Positions 22,038-34,400 of a stretch of 54,332 bases of DNA are shown here, piece after piece. A program made the translations under genes and the position numbers. Location: the NCBI GenBank assembly GCA_010093605.1, contig MU004197.1, positions 1,550,707-1,605,038 on the forward strand, read 5' to 3'. Below the pieces are notes generated by a model. The model had not been told where the DNA came from, did not search any database, and worked only from the letters and a program-made list of their open reading frames with translations. Source of the DNA: Lophium mytilinum (taxonomy: Eukaryota). Each line of letters opens with the position of its first letter. Positions within the stretch are counted from its first letter, which is position 1.

Positions 22038-24434
22038 CTAACAAAACGGTAAACCAGGGCCAAATGCCTCATCTATGACAATATCCGCTGTCCCGAGAAT
22101 ATCATGGAACTGAAAACCATCGGCGAAACCCTGGAAGTCATCTTCCCCAGGTGTGAAGATGTTCTCATCGGACTGTGACCACTCCGATGGTGGGCCCGAG
22201 CGTGCCTGTATCATGGCATACGACATTTGTAGACTGTCCTTCGCACTTTGGGCCATATGCCGCTGCAAAGACGTGCCCGCTTCTGTACACTCGGCTTGGC
22301 TCAGCGCAATGCTGAGCTTCATATGCAGTCTCACGTTCGTTTCACCGGATTGCATCCGCAGAGCTAGCTGCCGACGCGCCTCTCTTACGGCATCGACTAG
22401 CATCTTCCGATAGTTTGGGAGAAGTAACTGCGTGGTAGAACTGGCTCCCGGCTCCTCGGCTTCGATGAGAAGTTCGGAGGTCAGGGCCAAAGATGCGTGG
22501 ATGATTCGGGATTTGAAGATGCCACTACCAAGCATGACCAGACGGGAGAATTCCTCGTCTGGAGTGGGGGACAGTAACGCTGTGGCGGCATCGAGGCTTG
22601 TCTTCCTGGAGTAGTAGAACATAGGGTTCGTTCGTGCCCGACTTGCGAAAGGGCGATGTAAGGCAAGCAGGAAGCGACGGACGAAAAGATCTGCGAGGTT
22701 TTGCTTGAAGATTGCGCCATCGACTCCGTTTGATCTTTTTACGCAAGTGCTGCATTCGCGACATGCGCTGTTGATTACGGAGCTTAAGGCGGGGACTTCG
22801 TCGTAGGACGTCTCTGAGCAGATGCCGTTCATACGGCGCAGAATGTTAAGCCGTGCACGTAGGGATCCGAATAAGGAGCGCTGTAGGGAGGTGTCTGTTA
22901 TCGTTGTTTCTGGGCGCTCCTCGAGGACCCGAGTGCACTCATCGATGTCCACGTCGTCAACATTCGATGGGGCAACTGTGTCAAAGTCGTCGAATGGAAG
23001 AGTTGGCGGTACTCCTGCATCTAATGATGCCTGCGCGTTCATCTCCATTATAGTAGCCCAGAGTCTTCTCCGTACTTCGCCTTGTCTGCCTCGGGGAAAG
23101 CCGCACAATTAGCAACGCTCACACTTACTGTCAGGATGTTTCGGAGACTCACAGGACGGACATCTTTACAAAATGTTTTGGATCGCGATGAAGACCCATT
23201 TGCATGGCTGTATTGATGAGGGTACCAATAGCGATCCACGTCAAATCTCCACTTATAGCCAGAGTTTGACGAGCAAGAAACAACAGACACTGTACCTGCA
23301 GTCCGCTAATGCTCACTCGGTCTTTTTCCAGAGGCCCCGATAGCCAGTTCTGTGCGGCGTACACCCACTCACATGCCGCCGAGCGTATCTTAGCTATTTC
23401 ACAAGCCTCACGGTGCAGACTAGATCCGATGGCTATGACAAGCTGGACTTTGAACTGAAGCGCACCAGCTGCCTCTGATGGGTTTCGCCAATACTCTTCG
23501 TACTCATTCCGGAAAGAAGGCATGTGGAGAATGCGGAAAGCTGACTCGAAGCGTGAAGTATACAAGTGCGCCATCTGATCCGCAAGGTCCTTCTCTGTTG
23601 CAGAAAATATTGGCGCGGGAAATGAGAAGCACCTGCTAGGCCGGGTCGTTTTCATGCTTTTGGCAAGAAGTTTGCATTTTTGAAGAGAAGCTCGTATCTC
23701 CGCTTTCAAGCACCTGACAACCTCGTCATCGGTAGAATTACCGCTTTCACTGCTCAGAAACTCTCCTATTTTTTTGAACTTGGATTTTTAGCGGGAGTTT
23801 GCAGTTGGAGTATAGGGGACGCTAGGCTTACTTCATGAGCAGCGTTTGTCCAATGGGTTTGGCCGAACAGTCTAGACTTGTTCAAGGCAAATTGTCTCTT
23901 TTGCGGCGAATGAGCTACATTCCCGAGAGACGAGTTGCTTGGCGGAGGGGATACAAGAGGCGTCTCAATAGCCCTGCCAGTAGCGGTGCTAGAGAATGAT
24001 TGTTCGAGCGGCCGAGCCAGGTGGTTGAGCTCGTTCGACTCGTGTATTTCGTTCAAAGCTGGATCTACAGGTTGTGACAACGATGAGTTTCTCCCGTTGT
24101 CATGATCTCCGCGAGTATTAAGCGATAGTGGCGAAGGCCCCGGTTCGAATTGCTGGATTACATTGATACCCCGACTTGAGCTAGACGATGAAAACTGCAG
24201 GGGCGTAGTATAAGAGGCTGCCAAAGAAGGCGCCGCGTTAGGTTCTCCGAGATGCGCAGCAGTATGCACATGGCCAGGGGTATAGATACAGGTATTCTTT
24301 GACAAGACACAGTGACTGCAGGGCTCTTTTCGATCGCATTTCACCTTACGCCGGCGGCATTCTTGACAGGAACGCGCAGATCGACGACGATATCGCGGAG
24401 TTTTCGGGGTGCTCTCTGGGGCGGAGGATATCAT
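22038..24434 (-). CDS. Zn(II)2Cys6 transcription factor with fungal-specific TF middle-homology domain (3 exons)
   Basis: ATG 24434; 'SCQECRRRKVKCDRKEPCSHCVLSKNTCIY'. Introns 23779-23831 and 23086-23152 restore the frame. MHR motifs 'AMQMGLHRDP' and 'EVRRRLWATIMEM'. Confidence 0.92.
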
Positions 24435-25035
24435 GATCTTGCAAGATTCGGAAGACGGATAGCGTGAAAAGCCCTGCACATGCCTAGGGAACCTGAAATC
24501 CGGATAGCACAGGAAGATGCAAGGTTGGACAGCTTGTGGGTTTGCTCGGCCCCGGGGTGCAGGTGTGGTTCTATCAAGCTTGTCGTTTATTCCGTAGTAT
24601 GTTCTTAACTCCGCTCTAGCCAATCAATCGCTATCCCGTCTAGCAGCCCGGCCCCGAGGACCAGACTAACTCGATTCAGACGCATCCTAGTAAAGTGATC
24701 CTACACGAGTCAGCAGTGGCTTTCAATGAATCTGGTGGAAATATGCGCAGATGTTTCCCCAAAAAGCAGTTTTATACAGTACAGTAGCTAAGACACAAAC
24801 GGCAACGCGAACGATCGTAAAGATAAGACGAAGGTCTCGAATACGGCCGTCTACGATCTGATTGGTGATAATTGCGAACCGAGGATGACGACTTTAACTC
24901 TCTGAATTATGCTATACATACATACCTTAGGCTCGTATATTTATAATCCTCCAAATGCGATAAGACCTACGTGCATTCCTATTCCATTGAACGAATCGTA
25001 TTTTCTATAATTGTCCCTTGAAAAAGATATTTGAT

Positions 25036-26589
25036 ATGCCAGGCGCAACACCTCCCCTCCTCCGCGTCGCCATCGTTGGTGGTGGCCCAGGGGGCTTAAG
25101 CTCCGCAATTGCCCTCTCAAAACTCGAGAATGTTGAAGTGACCATTTACGAGCAAGCAAGGGAGCTTCGCGAAATCGGGGCTGGTATCCAAATCGGGTAT
25201 AATTGCTGGAAAGTCCTGGAATTGCTGGGCGCCGAAGCCGATGTCAAGGGGCACGTGCAAGAGACTATTCTCCAGCGGTAAGACCAAATCCATCTAACGT
25301 TTAAAAAGGACTGTAGATTGACAGCTCCAGTAACGGGCTGAACGGAGATGTACTGGGTGAACGTACCTCTTTCGCAGTCGAACCGCGCTATCGCGGCCAG
25401 CGAGTGAGACGAACGCGCCTCCAAGCTGCGCTCATTGCGAAGGTTCCGCCGGGAGTTATCAAGTTGCGGAAACGGCTTGCGTCATTGCAGAACATCGAAG
25501 GAGGAGGAACTCGGCTTGTCTTCGAGGATGGCGAAGAGGTCGTCGCTGATCTGGTTATCGGAGGAGATGGAATTCGATCAGTGCGCTTTCCTATACACTG
25601 CTGTTTCGTTGCTAATGGTGCAATGCTAGGCCGTTCGTGCGAATGTCTTCCCTGAACATGCGATCAAATTTACCGGTAAGTTCTCTCATTTTCGCCATTG
25701 TGCTACTATTTATGCGCGTGCAAATAGGGAGAACAATATGGAGAGTGATTATCCCAAAATCTCTCATTGTCGACATCCCCGAGATGACTGTCTCGACGGC
25801 CTGGTGGCATGGCCCTGCCGGGCATTTCTACAACTGCTTGGTTGATGATCCTAGCGAAACGCCAGAAGATAAGCAAATGTGGGAGATAGCAGTGCATAAC
25901 GTTGTCCCCGCTGCGACAGTCAAGGAGAAGAGATTTAGCTGGGGCATACCCGCGACTAATGAGAGAGTTGAATCCCATTTCACTGAGTATGATTCAAGAG
26001 TACGGAAAGCGCTCTCTAGGGTGCCAGAGGGACAATGGAAAGAGTTCTCGTCATTTTCGGGACCCAGACTGGAGAAAGTCGTGGCTTGGGATAAGGTTGT
26101 GCTGATCGGCGATGCGAGCCATCCTCTAACTGGTAAGATTTCCTCTCCATTTGTTTACGGTGGAGGCTAAAACGATTGAATCAGGTGCATTTGGATCAGG
26201 CGCAGCGTTCGCCATGCAAGATAGCTGGATCCTGGCTCAAGCCATTGATTACACCCGCTCTTCCTCTCAACCACTTGCCTCTGCGCTTGCGACATTCGAC
26301 TCTATTCGCTCGCCGTACTACCTCAGAATGTTCGTTTTCAATCTCTTTTTCTTCATTATGGTACTCATTCCCTAACTAATATTTGTGGCAATCAAGGTAT
26401 GAACATCTCGACCAGCAAGCAAAGAATGTTCAAGACGCAAAGATCAAGCATCCAGGGCAGACATTTGAAGAAAGTCTGGACGTGAAAGTAAAGACATTCG
26501 GCGGAGGACCAGATAACCTTTCATGGATATATGGTTTAAATATCAAGGAAGTATGGGAAGACTTCGTGAAAACGAGCAAGGGCGAGTAA
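25036..26589 (+). CDS. FAD-dependent monooxygenase (salicylate hydroxylase-like), 6 exons
   Basis: Motifs 'VAIVGGGPGGL', 'EIGAGI', 'DLVIGGDGIRS', 'LIGDASHPLTGAFGSGAAFAMQD'. Introns 25278-25330, 25581-25629, 25676-25727, 26133-26184 and 26330-26396 keep the frame. Confidence 0.92.
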
Positions 26590-27427
26590 CACCGTTTCCA
26601 TGAGACTGGATACAAGAAGAGATTAGACTCGAAGCATGTCGGATGTAGAGTGTTTTGCAAAAAGCTCAAGGAAACTCTCCGAAATTTGAAGGTGAAGGAA
26701 TCAAATAAGTAACGCGTTTTAGGTCGCTTTTGACGGCAACAAGGTTACGGAACTTTGACCTCTGATGCAAAAGTTGTCTGATCAAAAGGTGTTACAGTCT
26801 TACTGCCTCCTCCATCGCTGAGAGTCCCTGTGATGCTGTTCTCAAGCGACGGTAGGAGGCTCGTCGTCGGAAGAAGCCTGACACGGTTTTGCGGCGCTTT
26901 TGCGCCCAGGTTGATGGTACTTCGAAGGGACCCTAATTTGCCGACGCTCCAAGGGCTTGATAGACGCAATAGCGATATTTAGTCTGCTGCATAGTCAGGA
27001 GCATCGATGGATCTCGAGGATGATGGTACCAAGTGCAAGTTGCGCTGTGGACATGATGGGGCGAGGCTGTGGAACCGTAGTTCGCATGCAGTAAGGCCAG
27101 CGTCACCGGAAGCGGTTAGGCTGGGAAGCGTGACTTGTTCTTCGACTTCAGCTCATGCCCACAGCCACAACGGAGTCACCGCGAGGCACAGTAAAGGCAG
27201 GTAGGTAGCAGCAATGATGACTCCAAAAAGTGCGGGAAGCAACCCTCGTCGTGTAGTTGACATTTCTTTGCCTTATTTCTTCAGTGTCATCAAGATTTCA
27301 CCCAAACTTGGCGGCCATTGAAAAGCAGAGTTGAAGCGCTGCAAACTCGACATTCCAACTTATAACACTACTCGCTGCATCACCATTTCACTTTCGCTCT
27401 AAAGTCCGTCAGAACAGAACCTCGACC

Positions 27428-27949
27428 GTGTATATCAAGACCGCCCGACTCGAGATCCGCGAGTTTACTCTCGACGACGTCCGCTCTTACTACAAGCTGG
27501 AATCCATCCCATCCGTCGCCCGCTACCAGTACAATGCCGAGCGCACCATGGAGGAATCCAAAGAACAAGTTGGCAACGCCATCGAAGCCCAAACCGTTAC
27601 GCCGCGGAAGATGTACGAGCTTGCCGTAACGCAAGAGGAGCGCTTTATCGGACGAATCGGCGCTTTCGTAAAGGATGGTCATGCCGACATCTGGTACTCT
27701 TTTATGCCTGCCGTGCAAGGCAAGGGCTTTGCGACGGAAGCCGTGGAGGCGTTTCTTCCCGAGCTAGGGGACGGCCTGACGCTCGAGATTGAATGCGATC
27801 CGCGGAACGAGTTGAGCCGGAAGCTGGGCCTACGGTTGGGATTCAAAGAGATGGGACGGGTCGAAAAGGTTGAGTTCTGCAAGGGGGAGTGGGTGGATTC
27901 GTTGGTGATGCAAAGAGTGATCCCGAAGGCTGAAATGGAGGAAAGATAG
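27428..27949 (+). CDS. GNAT acetyltransferase, RimJ/RimL (Acetyltransf_3)-like; start codon uncertain
   Basis: Motifs 'IKTARLEIREFT', 'QGKGFATEAV', 'CDPRNELSRKLGLRLGF', 'KGEWVDS'. The ORF begins at GTG with no in-frame upstream ATG. Confidence 0.82.
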   Translation: MYIKTARLEIREFTLDDVRSYYKLESIPSVARYQYNAERTMEESKEQVGNAIEAQTVTPRKMYELAVTQEERFIGRIGAFVKDGHADIWYSFMPAVQGKGFATEAVEAFLPELGDGLTLEIECDPRNELSRKLGLRLGFKEMGRVEKVEFCKGEWVDSLVMQRVIPKAEMEER

Positions 27950-30059
27950 CCAAGAAGACGAGCACACTATTAGGCCATAAGCACCCCGGCTGTCACGAAT
28001 TAGCTCCGCCAGAAGTTATTGTAATTGCCACTGTGTCTCTGGCTTTTACATTATATTTAGCGTTTCAAAAGTCTATTAGTGTGTTCCAATACAGTCGCGA
28101 GAAGTACCCATACTTTCTTTTTGGTATTGTAATCTGCACATTTCCATACACAATCATGGAATGTCTCAATCTCGTTGATTCTTCATAAACTGCCTCTACC
28201 GTTCAAGTCTCCGCAACCCCATATCTTCCTCCAATACCCTCGGACGCTCCTAGCAAACTCATTATACCTTCATCGACGTGGCGGGCGATGAGCATGGCCC
28301 GAACGATCATGCAGCAAATCAACAAGCCCACACGCATGCCTGTCTGCCTCTTTATGGTCCTCGACTACGCGCCCGCAGCCGCCGCTCGTCTCATCCACTC
28401 GACACTCCTCCGGGCTTGTCAGAGGCGAAGCGTTGTATCAGACCCTTGAGCTATTTAGAGACGACAAGTCGCCGAGCCCGCACTTAGATTCCAGCAATTC
28501 GCAGAGCCGTCACGGGACTGCCGATAGCAAGGATGGATATCGAACGGGCAATGCCAATCAAGGAAGTCACGTGAAGAACTCGTGATGCGTCTGTGCAACA
28601 GTTTCTCACGTCTGTGGGGTATATAGAAGCCCATTGCGCAGATGCTGCAGTCACAGAGGCGGGCCCAACGGCCAAGGATCAAGAACCAAAAGATGCACAA
28701 ACACACTTTGAATGGTCTGGCGAGACCTTTGTGCAGAAAAGCCGGTATTCAACGCATGATGGAGGAGTGGTGTGTCTGCGGGATAAAAGCTGACGCACCC
28801 GATTGTGCCATGGAGCGGAACGCGTGTGCGGTCCCTTCAGGATATGGGAGTACTGATCATCATCATTTTCCCACAGTGGTGAAGGATTACTGGTGCCTGT
28901 CTTGCTCCACGTAGCACATCCCAGCTCATGAAAAGCAGCACTGCTAGATTCAGATCAGTGGTAGAACAAAAGGAGCACATCTTGAACGATGACTCTCACA
29001 GATCATCCTCAACATCGTAAGTCCTTCGCCAATATCTCCAGATCCATCGTACTCCTGCTGGTATTGTTTTGCAAACGTCCTCCGTCACCACAACGCCGCT
29101 CTGTGGCTCTTGGATGGTGAGGACCGTACTTTTGAACCCCTCCGCCGCTGGAGTTCCGCCATTAAACTCACCAAACGCCGTGGTTTGAGCGCTCCCACAT
29201 GACCAACACCGTAAAGGCGGAGGAGACACGATGTTGATCGCGAATTTCTCCGCCTCTACGCCCGAAGCATCAGTCCTTCGAGCACGGTCGTTGATCCTTC
29301 GGAAAAACTCCTCCAGGTCGCCAGCTTCCCCCTCTGCCGAATGTTCCATGGTTTGTGATGGATCTTTTATAGGTCGACTAAGGGCTGAATCCGAGGTGCA
29401 CGTGGGCTCTGCTGACCTGGCTTCATCCCACCAAGAAGACATAGGGCACGTGGGAGATGTGCTGGAGAAGTAGAGATCTCGGTTCTGATATCTCGTGACT
29501 CCTACGTGAGAGCAGTGATGGGGGAGTATAAGATCCTTCGTCGACTGGAGGGTTTTGGTTTCCTGCAAGGAAGTTGGAACGGAGGTTCAAGAACAGGATT
29601 TAGAGGCCTTTATGTGGTGGCTTGTGAGCAATCATCATCAATACAAACATCGATGGCTGCAGCGGAGTGGATTGGGCTTTCGCCGGATCAACTCTTTACG
29701 GAAGCTAGTGACATGGAGTGTCTGTTCTGGCACCCTTAGCACCCGACTCTCCCATCGCCCCAGGGCCTTCGTTTTGTTGATGATAGAGCGAGTGCACATC
29801 TCTGAAGAAAGGATGTCGAGTTGGACTAGGGCAGTTATATACTGCCCGGAGAACGAGATTTAGGAGGTGTCAGGTGACCATCCGTGAGTCACCTGATTAC
29901 GGCAGCAGTGCTGGCCATGGCGGCCCAGGTTGTGCGCAGAGAGTGCGTGGAGAGTGCGTGTAGACAAAATGGCTGGACATACTCCAAAGTCCGACTTGGT
30001 GCCAGCACAAGACAGCATAGACAGATCAGCGAACGACGATTATGACGCTGTCTTTTAGG

Positions 30060-30398
30060 ATGAGTACACCACGTTCTGCCCGGGGTTCATTCCTCCACCA
30101 TCCCATCTCATACGGAAATCTCCATTGTTTTCCCCTCGTAAAAGCCGATTATCGGATACTATCAAACTCTCAGACTTCTCAGGAATGACCACTCACCCAA
30201 ACAAAAGCCTCCAAGAGATCCCCCCAAAATCCTAACTCTCGCGGCCCCCAGCGTACAAGGGTCTGGGTATGCCATCTCTGCGGAAAAACCATAGGCAAAT
30301 GGAGCCCGTGTCGCCATTGTAGGCATCACCGTTGCCAAGAGTGTGAATGTATAGGCTTGAAGCCTTGGAACTTTCCTTTGGGAGAGGGGGTAAGGTGA
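30060..30398 (+). CDS. Probable small zinc-ribbon protein (about 74 aa if spliced) or its pseudogene
   Basis: Frame from 30252 reads RTRVWVCHLCGKTIGKWSPCRHCRHHRCQECECIGLKPWNFPLGEGVR*. CTAAC branch at 30232 and CAG acceptor at 30251; ATG 30060 and a weak donor GTAAAA at 30138 are in phase. Confidence 0.45.
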
Positions 30399-30551
30399 AA
30401 GCGGGGGGATGATGGATGAAGAGTGAAGGTTATTGTAGCGTAGGGCTAGAATAACTAAGGTTTTAGGAGATACTTATGTCAATTTAGAACGTATAAAGGG
30501 CGTGTACACGTTTGGACGATAAGACAAGGGGAAGCAAAAGAGTAAAAGAAA

Positions 30552-31172
30552 GGCCGGTGCTAGGTGTACAACCCCTTTTTGCTGCTTATACGAAGGATTT
30601 TTGCTGCCCGTACGACCACCCCCCTAGCAGACCTTTCACCGCGTTTTAATTGGCTTGGAGGGCTTAGGGCTTCCTCCAGGCCTTTACTATCTACACGTGC
30701 AGCCTTCCCGTTTTATCTATAGTTTTCCTATCTAGTGTACCTACGTGCCTATTAGCCTAGGGGAATGCCTAATCTATCTATTTTACATCTAATAGTAACC
30801 CTCTTTCTATTACCGCCGGCCTATAAGTACTATATAAAGTTATATACTTATTAAAATCCTTATTAGCTATCTAATAAGCTGCCTTATACTATTAGCCTAT
30901 TAATTGCGCTGTACTTTCTATAACAGGCCGGAAACCCCGTACCTACGCTTCTAGTAGCGTCGCTTAAGGTCTGCCTTAGTATTTAGACGTCCATTCTTAG
31001 TAAGGCCGCGGGTAGTTAAGGTTTTAGGTAAATCTTCTATAGCTTTAGAGGAGTTAGGCCTTTAAGTAAGCTAATTAAAACGCGGTAAAAGGTCTACTAG
31101 AGGGGTAGTTATATAGGTAGTAAAAATCCATTATATAAGTAGTAAAAAGGGGTTATATACCTAGCACCGGCT
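30552..31172. mobile_element. Non-autonomous DNA transposon (MITE-like, about 620 bp) with about 105-bp terminal inverted repeats
   Basis: 30552-30656 (GGCCGGTGCTAGGTGTACAACCCC...) is the reverse complement of 31068-31172 apart from mainly RIP-type transitions. Flanking direct repeat AAAAGAAA at 30544-30551 and 31173-31180. Confidence 0.88.
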
Positions 31173-31214
31173 AAAAGAAAAGGTTAGTTAAGATTTAAAC
31201 CTAATATCTTTTAC

Positions 31215-31369
31215 TCTAGGCCCTAAGATGTAATTACTATAGCGTATATAGTATAGGCGGAGGTTCTATAGACTTCTCTAGAGTATAGTAATATTTTATA
31301 GTCTAGGCCCTAAGATATAATTACTATAGTATATATAGTATAGGCGGAGGTTCTATAGACTTCTCTAGA
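31215..31369. repeat. Direct duplication of about 68 bp (87-bp period)
   Basis: TCTAGGCCCTAAGAT...GACTTCTCTAGA at 31215-31282 and 31302-31369. Confidence 0.9.
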
Positions 31370-31445
31370 CTATAGAAATAGACTAGCTAACTAACTAGAC
31401 TACTTATAGGTTAATTTAATAGTAAGTAAATTAAACTAAAATATA

Positions 31446-34400
31446 GGGGAGAAATAAGTATATACCCTCTAATTTCTCTATATACGCCCTCTAATTCCTC
31501 TATATATACCCCCCTATTATCTAATCTTCTAATTAGCCTAGAGGGCTTAAATTACTACTTTAGCGCTTAAAATAGTAAGGCTATATAGCCTTTCTATTTT
31601 ATTATATATTTTTACTATTTCTATAAGGCTATATATATAGGCTAGCTATATATAAGGCCTTATATAAAGCTATATATAAGGCTATAGTTATAGTAAAACT
31701 ATATAGTATATCTATTTTACTATATATACTTTCTATTTTCTATATATATAGGCTATTATATTACTATATATATATCTATATACCTAGAAGTATACTAAAA
31801 TAGTTAGATTCTTACCTTATTATAGCCTCTCTATATTAAACCTAGCCCCCCTATATTACTACCGCACCTTCTTAGCTATTCTAATCTATTAACCCCTTTA
31901 TATACTAATTATATAATACTATCTAATAATAGAGCTCTTTAATAGAAAGTAGTATAGGCGCTACCTAAGGCTAAGAAGCTAGCTAAGGCTAAGAAGCTAG
32001 CTAAGGCTTAGAATAAGTACTATCTTAGTAATCTATAACTACTCTCTTCTTTCTTAGTACTTTATTCTTTAAACTAAGAGGCCGGCTATACTTCTTAGGT
32101 ATAGTAATAGATGTAGTAATAGATATAGTAATAGATATAGTAATAGGTATAAATATAGAAAAGGGCCTATATATTACTATATACTTAAACTTAAATAGAT
32201 TAGTAAGTAAATTATTAAAATCTATAATAGCTAGTATAGTAGCTAACTAAAAAGTACTCTAAGTAATAGAAGGTAGATAGGGGGCTATAGAATTAGGTAG
32301 TTCTAATAATAGAACTATTAGTATACGTTCTATAAATATATCTATAGATCTAGCTACTATACCTATATCTATAGTAATCTTAAATCTTAATAGATCTCTC
32401 TAGATATTATTATATATATAATAACCTCTTTTTATAATAGTAGGGCGGCCCTAATAATACTTAATAATAGTAGAATTAAGTACCTTATTAAAGGGGCTAA
32501 AAGGAATAGCTAGCTAATATACTCTAGGCTAAATAAACTACTAATAGTAATCTATTTCTTCTAGTTATATATAGAGCACCGAATCTAGAGAGAAAAAAGT
32601 AGCGGCTACTTAGTATAGATAATTATAAAGAGTATAAGTATATAGTATACTATAGATAGAAGTAAAAGTCTAGATATAGTTACATAGGTTATATTTATTT
32701 AATTTTGCCTTTTTAATTTACTTCTTAAGGTAAATAAGTACCTATAGTATTACCTTTCTAATAAGATTATAAAACTTCTTTTTATTAACCTTATAATAAG
32801 TTTAGGCGTGCTATACTACTCTAAGGTTCTTATACTTTACTTTAGTAGTAAGAATAAGGTTCTATATATTAAGGAGAATATTAAATAGATAGCTAGTTAA
32901 TACCTAGAGAAAGCTCTTAAGCTAGCTATACGCACCTTTATTTTATAATATAATACTATAAGAAATTAAATTAGCATTATATACCTCTACTACTTCTTTA
33001 TTTCTTAGTTATTCTTTAAGCTATACTCTTATTCTCTTTAGTACTACTTATTTAGTATATATATAGACCCTATATAAAGTTTAGATATTAAATTTAAATA
33101 TCTTAGTATTAAGAAAAAGTACTTATATAGTACTAAAGTACCGCGCTATATAAGTATAGTAGCTAGCCTAATTCTATCTATATAGCTACTACTTATCCTC
33201 TATATACTTTACTAGGTTAGGGCGCTTTTTATAGTTATTAAGTAGCTTATTCTAAGCCTCTTTAAATTAAGCTAGGACTTCTAGCTTTATTATAGCTATC
33301 TAATAGGTAATAAAGGCGCCCCTTTTCTCTTATTTCTTCTTTTTAATAGCTTTCTTCTCTTTATCTAATATAGGTATAGGCGCAGGCAGCGCGCTACCTA
33401 TAGTATACTTAGGTTTCTTCTTATATACCTTAGCTAGCTTAGTAATAATATTCTTTTTAATATACTATATATAGAGAAGGTATAGAACTCTTAGCTATTA
33501 CTTATATAGTATATTTCTTAGAGTTTATTCTTTATCTATTAGAAAAATATATAGTATAATAGAATAGCGCTTAAAGAGCTTAAAGAGCTACTATACTATC
33601 TAGTTATAGTTTATCTTCTTTTCTTTTAGAAGGAAATAGTAACTAATTTTAAAGTTATTACTTATATAGGTAACGCCTATAATATAGAAAAAGAGTATAC
33701 TAAATCTATTAGTCTTATAGGTATAATCTAATAGTATAATATTATAGTTTAATTAGAGAATTTTAATAGAATCTAGGTATATAAAGAAGAGGTATTTAAT
33801 CTAGTTCTACTTATTCTTTATAAAGTTATATATATACTTTCTATTATAGCTATTAAATACTAGAAATATAGAGGTTTCTAATATATTAAGAAGCGCCTAG
33901 ATAGGTATAAGGCTATTAAGAAGCTTCTTCTACTACTATATACACTTATTTCTAATATCTATTAGAGTAATAGTTACCCCCTTTTTAAGTAGCTTTACGT
34001 GCGTTTCTATAGGCCTTATTCTACTTAATATATTAGCTTAAATAGCTAGTTTATTAATACTAAGTACTTTCTATTACATGTAACTACTATTAATTTAAGT
34101 AGAGTAGAATAGTTATTATAAGAGGTCTTTATTATCTTCTATAGCTATATATATTTACTATTAAAGCTAGAAGGCTACTAAGTAAGTATACTATTTATCT
34201 TATAGTCTACTCTATTAGTAGAGGTACTATATATATAGTTTATAGGCTCTATTATACCTCTAAAGTAGTATTTAAACTATACTTTTTTTACTTCTAGGCC
34301 CTTTTTATTCTTCTTTAAGTAGGTTTTTACTAAGCTATAGCTATACGCCTTTATATACTTTATAAGCGCATACTTAGCTTTCTTTAAAGAGTTATAAAAC

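Noticed and set aside
26745..27263. Minus-strand frame starting MSTTRRGLLPALFGVIIAATYL (signal-peptide-like)
   Set aside because: Interrupted by stops, with no convincing splice sites or recognisable family; at most a relic.
28278..29863. Several 60-190-aa ORFs, including 28996-29568
   Set aside because: No recognisable domains or consistent gene structure; I cannot support them without expression or homology data.
18037..30400. Starship or other giant-element cargo region
   Set aside because: No tyrosine-recombinase captain gene or element boundary is visible in the window.
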